DNA of 51,499 nt, the filler included, from Jimgerdemannia flammicorona (Eukaryota): NCBI GenBank assembly GCA_003990765.1. It is 2 parts of 2 records of this genome, joined end to end, with 100 filler letters (N's around TTAATTAATTAA, not from the genome) between each part and the next. Parts side by side here need not be neighbours in the genome. Positions count along the whole stretch, not along the records: positions 25,801 to 51,499 come from RBNJ01000803.1; 1 more part is not named here. One strand, given 5' to 3'. The notes below the pieces were generated by a model, which was given only the letters and a program-made list of their open reading frames with translations, searched no databases and was not told the origin of the DNA. The position numbers and the translations under genes are program-made. Each line of letters starts with the position of its first letter. Position 1 is the first letter of the stretch. Shown piece by piece: positions 35,954 through 46,624 of this stretch.

Positions 35954-37148
35954 CTGTATAATTATAATTGAAGATTCTGGTCTACAGTATCTCAAAAACT
36001 TGCCCATATAGGGCTATCCACTCAGGAAGATAGTGTCATTCTTATGCAGGAGCCATGCTAATCTTCTCTATATTGTTCCAATTTTTTCAAGTACATATCA
36101 GTGGTCCCGAAGGACTTGACCTGGTCTATAGTATCTCTATCTTTCTTATTAGTCTAATAAGAAATACTGATAGCAGTAGTTTTGGAGAAAGTGGAAGATA
36201 TTTTGATACTAGTATCTTTCTAGCTAAAAGGTTCTTTCCTAATATATTTCTTATCTTAGTGTAATAGTAACTATACTTGGTTCTTTTTCAATATTTTAGA
36301 GGTCATTATTTTCTGATAGTATCTAGTATGTAGGAGTCATCTTAGAGAATAAGTTCAGAGAGTTTCTCCTATTTGGAAACTTTTTGTTCCAGAGTTTCTT
36401 TATTAGCTACTTCTTGATTTCAGATTGTTTGTACTTCTGTAGCTTCAGTTATAAGTATCTTTAGAGAATAGTTGTATATCTTTTTTTTTTATTCTCAGGA
36501 TAAGCTATACTAGATGGATTTCTTATTTCAATGATCTTAAAGAGCACTTATATCTTTTGAGATAGGTGGAGCATTCTCTGACATATCTTGCAATTGCTCC
36601 AATTATAATAAAGATAGTATCTTTGACCTATATATTATCTTCTGATCTATCATCTACTATATTGATTTATGGATTAAGTCTGGGATTATTTTCATCTTCA
36701 GATTCTTCTTAATTCTCTATAGTAGATACTTTGTTACTAATATCCTCTTCTTAAATAGTGACCTTCTTCTACTTCTTCAATAGCTTATAGCTGGTTACCT
36801 TGATCTATACTTAGTTTCTCTGTAGTCAAATTTGAATACCTATTGACCAATATCAATAACTGCATTCATTTTCTTCATCTAGTTAATATTAAGAATTATA
36901 TCATATATGATAGCTTTAGTAATAATAGCTTTTAGAATAGAGAAATAAATATGTCTAAGAGAGATAGTAATATTTTATACTTATCCAAGGGGTTGAGTTT
37001 AGGCTTCATTTACTACTATAATACTGAGATTAGATAGTCTATTAATAGATTACTAAATAGTGTTTAGAAATTATTTAGTAATAATACAGATAACTACTCT
37101 TATGTCAATAAGAATTTTTACCTTCTATTCTCTAATATCTCTATATAG
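35954..37148 (-). mobile_element. Older, heavily mutated fragment of the element B family (protease and downstream spacer)
   Basis: 36150-37148 aligns by eye with 42830-43870 (e.g. ccaaggggttgagtt; ttgaccaatatcaataactgcattcatttt). Confidence 0.8.
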
Positions 37149-38385
37149 TGTAACGTGCCTGGCTCAATGGAGGCAAATTACAAGGTTGGGGGTTGATGTA
37201 GTTTGGTTTGAGCCTCCAGTTACTTTGTCAAAAAGCAACAAAATGTTCTAAGATTCCTGAGATCCTTGGTGTTTAGTGGTATAATAGTCAAGATCTGGAT
37301 ACTGTGCGAGTGGTTTCCTTATTGGGACGGTTCTTCTGGGTGTAGTGGCGATTTGTGTGTGTGAACGGGTTTCCTTCTTGGGTCAACTGGGAATGCCACA
37401 ATTTGTGTAGCGCGACGGGGTTCCTTATTCGGGTCAACTAGGAATGCCACAATTTTGTGTAGCAAGGCAATCTCCAAAAGTATGCGATTTCTGGCATGAC
37501 GATCTCTTGTGTAGCACGATGGTTTCCAAAAGTATGCGATTTCTGGCATGACGATCTCTTGTGTAGCACGATGGTTTCCAAAAGTATGCGATTTCTGGCG
37601 GATAACTCGATTTGGCTCACTGGGAATAAACGAATAACTCGGATGGCGCGGATTCAGCTTCAACTGGGAATACTACTCGGATGATGCGGATAACTCGGAT
37701 AACTCGGATAACTCAGATGTCACGGATTCTTCCTGAATTGGCAGCTCTTCTGGGAATACGATGGCGCGGATTCTTCCTGAATCGGCGGCTTCAACTGGGA
37801 ATGCGGATAACTTGAAAATGGCGGACTTCTTAGAATCGGCGGCGAAGTTCTTCCTTGAACTTGGCGGCAAACTTCAGGCTTATCTGGCAAGCGAACCAAA
37901 AATGAACTTGTTCTTTGTATCGGAAAGTGGACCGGAGTAGAAAAAGGGAACCAATGCTCACAATCTCCTAGTAGTGACTGTAGAGTGGGCATTTCTCCTA
38001 AGTGTTGCAATCCTTCCTGGATCAAGTGGCTTTTGGCAGGCATATCCCTTGAAGTGTAGTAGGCAGACTTGTCTTTTGCTTTGGATTCAATTTTTGGACT
38101 GAGGTTTATTCACTCTTGTCTCTGGGGTAATTTATACATTGTGGTTGCTATCCAGTTGCTATCTGGCTAACTATAGATCTGCTATTTATGGTGTGTTTGG
38201 GTGGACAGTCACTGTCTGGTGGACAGCCACTGTCCAGGGGACAGCCACTGTTCACATTATTCCCTTCTTTGGCTATCTGGTTATTTATACATTTTTCCAC
38301 AGCAATGGTTGCTGGTTATTATACTATGTTAATGTTTATGTCACCTGGTTAGTTTTGAGATTACTATGTTTCATGGTTTGTCACA
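37149..38385 (-). repeat. 3' LTR of element B (1237 bp) with internal 52-bp and 9-bp tandem repeats
   Basis: Ends TGTAAC...GTCACA. 37149-37900 matches 45934-46624. A 52-bp unit starts at 37474, 37526 and 37578; (GGATAACTC)n at ~37688-37715. Adjacent PPT-like AGTGGGGGCTGA on the minus strand. Confidence 0.85.
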
Positions 38386-38424
38386 TCAGCCCCCACTGAA
38401 GAATAGTCTGTCCCAGACTATTCT

Positions 38425-38931
38425 TCAGTCATCATCCCAATAAGCATAAGCTGCTTCTGCATCTATACCCATCCTGTCATCTTCATTGTCTATATCAGGG
38501 TCACTCCATTTTAGCTCTGGATCTTCTTCTTGTCCTTCAGGAAACAGGATGTCTACTTGTTGGAGAATACTCTGGAAGGTGGTCTTGTTCATTTGATGAA
38601 TATCATTGAGATAGAAGTGAGATTGCACCAGGGCTCTGACATTTCATTTGTACAGAGTGTAGATTCATTTGGCAGTTCTTGCTTCTCAGCAGATTGTCCC
38701 AGCTGGTCCTTCAATGTATAGCTGTTCTTCAAGTAATTGTCTGATGTTGTAGAAGACCTGTAGATGGTGGTTCTGTAACAATCTTTGGGTGATGGCAAGG
38801 TTCTCTTGATGTTTCTGGATCAATTGTATTGGGGTTCCTTCAAGTTGGTGGAACTGGGGTAAGGGAACTGGTAGGGCCTGAAAGAAGCTGAGGACCAATG
38901 TCTGGAGGTGCTGATCAATTCTTTGACTCAT
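38425..38931 (-). pseudogene. 168-aa accessory ORF of element B, between integrase and PPT
   Basis: One frame MSQRIDQH...VFYNIRQLLEE...TAK*IYTLYK...WDDD* with three TGA stops (likely from CGA). Its ATG overlaps the pol stop. Confidence 0.75.
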
Positions 38932-41814
38932 GGTATAGAGGGGAGATATAGTTTGAGGCAATTGATTTGTACTGGTGTTCTCAGGATTCATCCATCCATG
39001 TTTCTTAAATAGATGCTAATTCCTCTGATATTGTGTATAAGACAAGGTTCCTCTCATTTGGGTTCCAACTTGGCAGCAAAGTTTGTCTCAATCATGCTTC
39101 TCCAGACTAGGACTTGATCACTAACCTTGATCATCTGGTCCTTCTGCTTCTGGTCATAATACTTCTTTTGTCTTTCCAGAGCTTTGATAATCTGATTTCA
39201 GGCTTCATTTCTCAGCTAATCTCCCTTTTTGAGGAGTTTTTCGAGATTCCCATGGTCAGCAGTTCTGGTCTTCTTGGCAAACATCATTTCAAATGGGTTT
39301 TGTTTGGTTGAGGCTGCAGGGGTGTTTCAGATTTCCCATAGGATCTCAGGTAAGCAGAGGTCCCAATTAGTAGGATTGACTCAGGCAAGTCCTTTCTTGA
39401 TGGTCTGGTTCATTCTTTCTGTCATGCCATTGGTCTGAGGGTAGTATGAAGTAATCCTTTTGAGGCGGATCTTGTGAATTCAGGCATAACTTGTGATTAT
39501 GTTGTTGATGAATTCCATGTCTTGGTCAGAGATAAGTTCTTCTGGGGTCCATATCTGAGTGTGAGTCCATAGAGGAGACCTACAATGGTTAAGGCATCTG
39601 CAGTTTCCATTGGGAAAGCCTCAGGCCACTTGGTCAGATGTTCCACAAATACAAGGATATATTTGTTTCTTCTTGATATAACTGGTAGAGGTCCAATTAT
39701 ATCTACTCCCCATCTCTAAAAGATGTGAGTGGGTGGGGGAATTGGTTGCAAAGGGGCTTGATAGTTCTTCTTTTCTTAGTACTTCTGACAAGTATCATAT
39801 TTCTGGATGATATCTCAGACTTGAGTTCTGAGGTGAGGCCAGTGTTGATACAGTTTCCAAATCTTGTCTTCTATACTTGTCTGTCCTTGGTGGGCTTTCT
39901 GATATTCTTTATGGATAAGATCTTCTTGTGTTTTGATGGTCTAAGGAGCTTCCTTTAGAGTGTAGTTCCTTGGGACACCCTTCTTCTGGTTCATTGGGAC
40001 TGGCAGGAAAGTATATCAACATTGTTGTGGGCTTTCTCTGCTTTGTGGATGATGGTGATTTTGTAATCCTGAAGGATAAGGATCCATCAGGCTAGGATTC
40101 TGGTGGGTTTCTTGTAGTTGAATAACCATTTGAGGGCTGTATGGTCTGTGATCAGGGTGAACCTTTTTCTGATGAGGTAATGCTTGAACAGAGTGACTGC
40201 CCATATAACTGCAAGATATTCCAGTTTGGTGCTACCATAGTTCATCTGCTGCTGATTGGTAGCCCTGCTTGCATAAGCTATTACATAGTGCTGTTGATTG
40301 GGTCCTTCTTGGACTAGAACTGCTCCTAAGCCATCTTTGGAAGCATCTATATACAGGAGGAATGGCTTCTGTAGATTGGGGCATACAAGGATTGGTGCTG
40401 TGGTCATATGGTTCTTGAGTTTTCTGAAGATTATTTTTTGTGATTCTGTCCATTTGAATGGTACTCCTTTCTTGAGAAGGATCTGGATTGGGGCAGTGAT
40501 TTGTGCAAAGTTCTTGATAAACCTTCTGTAGTAGGATACTAGTATCAGGAATGATAGTGTTTCTATTAGGGTCTTTGGTACTGGCCAATTGTTGATCTTC
40601 TCAGTTTTCTTTGGGTCTGCATGGGTTCCTTCTTTTGAGACTATGAATCTAAGGAATTCAAGTTTCTGTTTCCAAAAGTAGCATTTCTTTGCATTCAGTC
40701 TCATGTGATTTTTGTAGGTGAGCTTGAAGAATTCCTCCAGGTAGTGCAGGTGTTCTTTGAAATTTGCTGAATAGATATTGGAATCATCTATGTATACAAT
40801 TAGGCAGTAGTGGATCAGGGGGGTATAGACTGAATTCATCATCCTCTGAAAAGTGGGGGGTGCATTGCAAAGTCCAAAGGGCATTCAGAGGTATTCAAAC
40901 AGTTTTTCTAGAGCAAGGAAGGCTGTCTTCTGAATGTCCTTGGAGTCCATGGTGATCTCATAGAATTCTGTGAAGAGGTCCATACTACTGAAGTATCTGA
41001 TATCTTATAACTGGTCCAAAAGGTCATTGATTCTGGATAAAGGATAGGCATCCTTTTTGGTAACTGAATTGAGTTTCCTGTAATCTACACAGAGTCTCCA
41101 TCCTCCTTTCTTTGGTACAATAAGTATAGGGCTGGCCCAGGGGCTGATAGAGGGTCGGATGACCCCATTGTCTAAGAGTTCTTGAATGTGCTCCTTTTCA
41201 AATGTTTTCAAGTGATGGGGTATTCTATAGGATTTCTGCTGGATAGATATTACATTTTCTGTATTTATGCTGTGGTGATATGATGGATTGTATGACAGGT
41301 TGCCATAATCAGTAGTAAAGATATCTTGATATTTGTTGAGAAGTTCTACTAGTTGTTGCTGTTGTTGAGATGTTAATTCTTCTCCAATATTGGTGGAAGG
41401 CTTCACTGTCTCCTGGGTCACAGAGAGGCCTTTTCTTTCTTCTGGGACCTTTTGCCATTTCCTGATAGGTTTAGTTCATAAACTTCCCTATGAGTTTGGT
41501 TGAGAAAAGGCACCAGATGTCCTATGATGGTTCCTTTTGGCAAGATGATAGTCTCCCAACTTTGGTTGGTCACTCAGGAGTGTACCAGATTCATCTTGTC
41601 AGAGAATGTGTGTCTCTCTATGTCCAGATGGGAGATATCTTCCTTGGGCTTGAAGAAAAGGTTTCTGGGGTCGGGTGGTGCAAAGATTTCGAAGGTAGTT
41701 TGTTCCCCAGGCTCCAGGATCAGATTCTTGTGCAGTCTGACTGATTGCTGGTATACTTACTGGGGAATATTCCTTTTGAGATAGTTGACTTGAAGGAGAT
41801 GTACTTCCTTTTTA

Positions 41815-42215
41815 TCTGAACTTTCAAATCCTTTGGCTTGTCTTGTTCCTTCAACTAGTTCAGTGACTTCTTCCAATTGTGGAGTTTTGATCTTCATGAA
41901 GACTGCTTGGGCAATTTTCTGCCCTCTAATGATTCAGTGCCATTCTGCACTACTGTTGTGTAGGATGACCTTGATTTCGCCTGTATATCCTGGGTCAATG
42001 GTTCCTCCTTCCACAGTTATTCCTTGTCTGGCAAGTCCAGACCTTGAGGTCAGTTAGATATAAGATCCTTGAGGTGGCTGCATGGCTAATCCAGTTCTGA
42101 TCATGAAGGTTTTCCAGGTTTGATAGATTTATCCTCCAGACTGTGAAGATCATACCCTATATCTTCTGGGTGGGCTTTGGTCAGGGGTTTGGCCTTGGGA
42201 TGTAGCAGGGCATAC
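41815..42215 (-). pseudogene. dUTPase domain of element B
   Basis: DIGYDL, TSRSGLARQG, GGTIDPGYTGEI, GQKIAQAV and RQAKGFESS are all five dUTPase motifs. Confidence 0.92.
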
Positions 42216-45200
42216 TGGGCAATATCTTTGCTGAGTTCAGGCTGTCCTAGAGCTGAGGCTCCACTAGTAGAGAGCCTCCAGGCTCTGAGATTGAGGTGTG
42301 GCCATCTGGCTCCAGTAGAGGGATCTTGGAGATAATTGATTCCCCTTCTTCCTATAGGGTCTAGGGCTTCCATGACATTGGTGGCATCTTCTGCCCATCC
42401 TTGGTAGGTTGTATGTCTGATGAGAGCTAGGATGTCTTCTCCCAAATCATAGATCTTGAGGACTCTTCTTCCTGGCTTCCTGGTTTGGCTTTTTCAGATC
42501 TGGCTTCTGTTGTCTCCTCTCTTTAAAGTATGGACTGTGACATCATAACTGAGGTGAATCTTCTGATGTCTGCAGTCTTGGCAGTCAGGGTGTCTCCCAT
42601 GGTTGCAATATCTCATTGCTCAGAAATGGTGTTCCCGGCTGTTGATTTCTTGTTGCCTTGGGAATTGGTACCCATCTTGATCATAAGTTGGGAGAAGGGT
42701 AGACAAGGGGTATATTTCTATTCAGGTGAAGAAGCCTTCTTCTCTAAATCAACTTTATAATCTTGTGGTAACTTCTTGAAAAGTGTTTGACCATACAAGT
42801 GTAGTTTGGGGTTCTGGTCTCTGGGGTCTCTGTCTTTCTTATTGATCCAACAGATGACACTGATAGCAGTAGTCTCGGGGAGAGTGGAAGACCATTTGGT
42901 GTAGACATCTTCCTAGCCAGAAGGCTTTCTCTTGGTGAGTTTCTTTCTTGTGGATAATGGTGATTGTACTGGATCCTTCTTCTATATTTCAAGGATCATT
43001 GTCTTCAGATAGTGTCTAGCAAGGATCATCTCAGGGAATGAGTTTGGGGACCTCTTCTTCTTCAGGTACTTCTTGTTCAGGAACTTCTTGATCAGAAGTT
43101 TCTTTTTCCTCAGATGATTCTTGATCCCAAATTGCTTGTACTTCTGCTGCTTCAATTACAGGTGTTTCTGGAACATGTCTGCATTTCTTCTTCTTTCTTC
43201 TGCATTCTGGGGAGGCTGTGCCAGGCGATTTCCTTGTTCCCATGATCTTGGAGGAGTGCTCAGGACACTTATGTCTCTTGAGGCAGGTAGGGCATCCTTA
43301 TGCTTCTCCTGCAATGGCTCCAATGGTGATGGGGATGGTATTTTTAGCCCATACATTGTCTTCTGGTCTGTCATCCACCAGATTGATTTGGGGATTGAGT
43401 CTGGGATCATTTCCATCTTCAGATTCTTTTTTCTCTTCTGTAGTAGACTCCTTGCTGCTGGCATATTCTTCCTGTATAGTGACCTTTTTCTTCTTCATTG
43501 ATTGCTCATAGCTGGTTACCTTAACTCCATACTTCTTGCCTTAGTAGTCAAACTTGAGTACCTGTTGGCCAATATCAACAACTGCATTCATTTCCTTCAT
43601 CCAGTTGGTACCAAGAATTATGTCATAGGTAACAGCTTCAGTGAAAACAGCTTTGGGGATGGAGAACTGAATGTGTCCAAGGGAGATAGTGATATTTCGT
43701 ACTTCTCCAAGGGGTTGAGTTCAAGCTCCATCTGCTACTATGATGCTGAGGTTGGATGGTCCATCAATGGGCCATTGGAGGGTGTCCAGGAATCGTTTGG
43801 CAATGACACAGACAGCTGCTCCTGTATCTATGAGGATCTTCACCTTTTGTCCTTCAATATCTCCATATAGGTAGATGCTGACATGTCTTTCAGCTACTTG
43901 GACAGGGATGGAAGCTGGTTCTTGCTGTGGGATTGGAACTTGGCCAGTGCTAGACCTGGTGGTTCTCAGTAATTTATTTCAGACTCCAGCTGGTGTCAGT
44001 TGCAAGAACTGCAGGAGAGGGACTTCCATCTTAGCTTCTTGAATCTTCTGCCAGGCTTTGTTGTAAATGTCTCTAGGCATAGTCTGCAGAGTATACTTCT
44101 TCTTAGGCTTTGGAGCAGCAGGTTCCCATTCTTCTTATTCCATTTCTTCATCTTCTGGTAGCAACTCGTTTGTCTCAGAAACAAAAGGTAAGGGGGTTTG
44201 GAGAGGTGTTTCTACTTATTCCTCCTCATGTTCTTCATCTTCTTCTTGGATGATTCTTCTGCTGATGTTCCTGGATGGCCTTCCTATAGGTCTCTTCCTC
44301 TTTTCTGCTGGGTAGACTGTCTTTTGGGTGGTAACCTTGGTAGGGTACAAGTCTAGGTCACTGTAGTCTTCACTATTGCTTGCTTCCTTGAAATCTTCAA
44401 TAGGATGGACTTCAGTCTTCTTGTACTGGGTGTCATTCCTTTGGTTTGGTGGTTCTGAGTCTCTTCAGTCACTTCTTTTGTTGTTATATTCAGTGGCATA
44501 GTGTTCAAATTATCTACAGTGGAAGCATTGGACTTGAGCTCTATCTCAGACAGGGTACCTTCTTTCTTCTTGCCCATAATTCCTATTATCTCTTGGTGAA
44601 TAGCCTTGGCTCCTCTGTAGTGGGTATCCTCTGTTGTCTTGGTAGCCCCAATTTTTATATATAGTGAGTTTTTCAATCTGTCCAACCAATCAGTCCAACT
44701 TGGAGCTGAGGTCTTAGATTTCACTTCTGTCCTTCTTTTCTTCCTTGGCTGGCCTTCTTTCTTTAGATCTTTCTGGCTCTTGAAGGAGTCCTTATAGGGG
44801 ACCAGGATGTCTTCTTTTTCTTCTTTCCTATTATGATCACTCCAGGTAGTTCCTTATATGATATCAAAGAATCCTTGGGCTGCATCTACTTATTCTTCAG
44901 ACCTTCTGATACCCAGGGTGCAGACATTCTGGGCAATGTTTGGAGGAATTCCATTCATAAAGGTCATTGGACCTATAATGTCCTGATTAGTGGCATTGAA
45001 CCCAGCAGCATGCATTCTTTTCTGGATTCTTGTGAAGAAGGCTCTGGGTGATTCTCCAAGATTCATTTTCATCCCCATTATGGATTCTTGGGCCTTGTGG
45101 TGGGTTTCATTTCCTGCTTACTTTTTGATGAGCCAATGGACCATGGCCTCATATTCTAGCTCATAAGACATTGCTACTTGTATTTGTCTCACCAGTTCTG

Positions 45201-45913
45201 AATCTGGGTTATTTGCTGTTCAATAGAAAATTCCTCTGGCTGGTTCTTTGAGCTGAGTCTTGTAGATGGAAATTTTTCTTTCATCTGAGAGATTTCTCAA
45301 GACTGTGATTCCTTCAATTCCATCAAGAAATTCTCTAGGGTCTTCCTCTGGGTATCTTGCAAAGGTTGGCAATGAGGTAGCCATTTCTTCATCACTTTCT
45401 TCTGATTCTGGTTTAGGTTCAGATTTTAATTCTGATTCACTTTCTGAGCTGTCACTGGAGGTGGGGGTGCTTGGGTATCCTGAGGATGGTGTTCTGGACC
45501 TTAGATGAAGTGGGATAAGCCTAGGTATTCTTGTAGGAGCTGCTTCTAATTCAAGGGGTTGTGGTAAAGGTTCTATTGGTAAGATTGGTGGAACTGATCT
45601 GGGGCATCTGGCTGTAAGGTCTCAGGTTCATGTGATAAGGTCTTCTAATTCTTGTGCAAGTTCTCCAAAATCTCTAGCTGGGCTGTCTGTATTGTCTGGT
45701 TGATCTGGTTGGAGATTTTGGGTTGTACTGCCTTCTGGTTGGGAACCTTCTGATGCTGGGTAGTTGGTAAGTCTTGATGTGATTACTTCTCTTCTTGTCC
45801 AGATGCTAGTGATAACTAGTTCTCCTGTAGTAGCAGAGATTGATGTTGTATCAAATGTATCCAGTTTGACTATGGGTTCTTGTGAGCTGAAAAGTCATGT
45901 TGATTTTGAAATC

Positions 45914-45931
45914 TTCCCAGTTGAGCCCCCA
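45914..45931 (-). promoter_or_regulatory. Primer-binding site for tRNA-Pro
   Basis: TGGGGGCTCAACTGGGAA lies 2 nt from the LTR end and resembles the classic tRNA-Pro PBS TGGGGGCTCGTCCGGGAT. Confidence 0.85.
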
Positions 45932-45933
45932 AA

Positions 45934-46624
45934 TGTAACATGCCTGGTTCAATGGAGGCAAATTACAAGATTGGGAGTTGATGTAGTTTGGTTTGAGCCC
46001 CCAGTTACTTTGTCAAAAAGCAACAAAATGTTCTAAGATTCCTGAGATCCTTGGTGTTTAGTGGTATAATAGTCAAGATCTGGATACTGTGTGAGTGGTT
46101 TCCTTATTGGGACAGTTCTTCTGGGTGTAGTGGTAATTTGTGTATGTGAACGGGTTTCCTTCTTGAGTCAACTGGGAATGCCACAATTTGACGGGGTTCC
46201 TTATTCGGGTCAACTAGGAATGCCACAATTTTGTGTAGCGAGGCAATCTCCAAAAGTATGCGATTTCTGGCATGACAATCTCTTGTATAGCGCGACAGTT
46301 TCCAAAAGTATGCGATTTCTGGCAGATAACTCAATTTGGCTCACTGGAAATAAACAAATAACTCGGATGGTGCAGATTCAGCTTCAACTGGGAATACTAC
46401 TCGGATGACGCGGATAACTCGGATAACTCAGATAACTCGGATGTCGCGGATTCTTCCTGAATCAGCAGCTCTTCTGGGAATACGATTGTGTGGATTCTTC
46501 CTGAATCGGGGGCTTCAACTGGGAATGTGGATAACTTGAAAACAGCGGACTTCTTAGAATTGGCGGCGAAGTTCTTCCTTGAACTTGGTAGCAAACTTCA
46601 GGCTTATCTGGCAAGCGAACCAAA
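45934..46624 (-). repeat. 5' LTR of element B, lacking the U3-side ~485 bp (probably cut by the LINE)
   Basis: Matches 37149-37900 up to gcaagcgaaccaaa, then diverges. Confidence 0.85.

Larger units (their letters stand above)
37149..46624 (-). mobile_element. Ty3/Gypsy element B: 5'LTR, PBS, gag(CCHC), PR, spacer, dUTPase, RT, RNase H, INT, accessory ORF, PPT, 3'LTR
   Basis: CFHC...HY ~44490-44530; ILIDTGA ~43830; [31 protein letters not shown]; integrase VDIIGPL and PQTNGMTERMN. Confidence 0.93.

Noticed and set aside
37266..37325. tRNA-like TGGTGTTTAGTGGTATAAT segment
   Set aside because: No T-arm (GTTCRA) and no acceptor stem; not a tRNA gene.
37474..37715. CRISPR-like appearance of the LTR repeats
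   Set aside because: They are tandem units with no unique spacers, in a eukaryotic LTR, with no cas genes.
38425..38931. Calling the accessory ORFs env
   Set aside because: No signal peptide, furin site or transmembrane segment.
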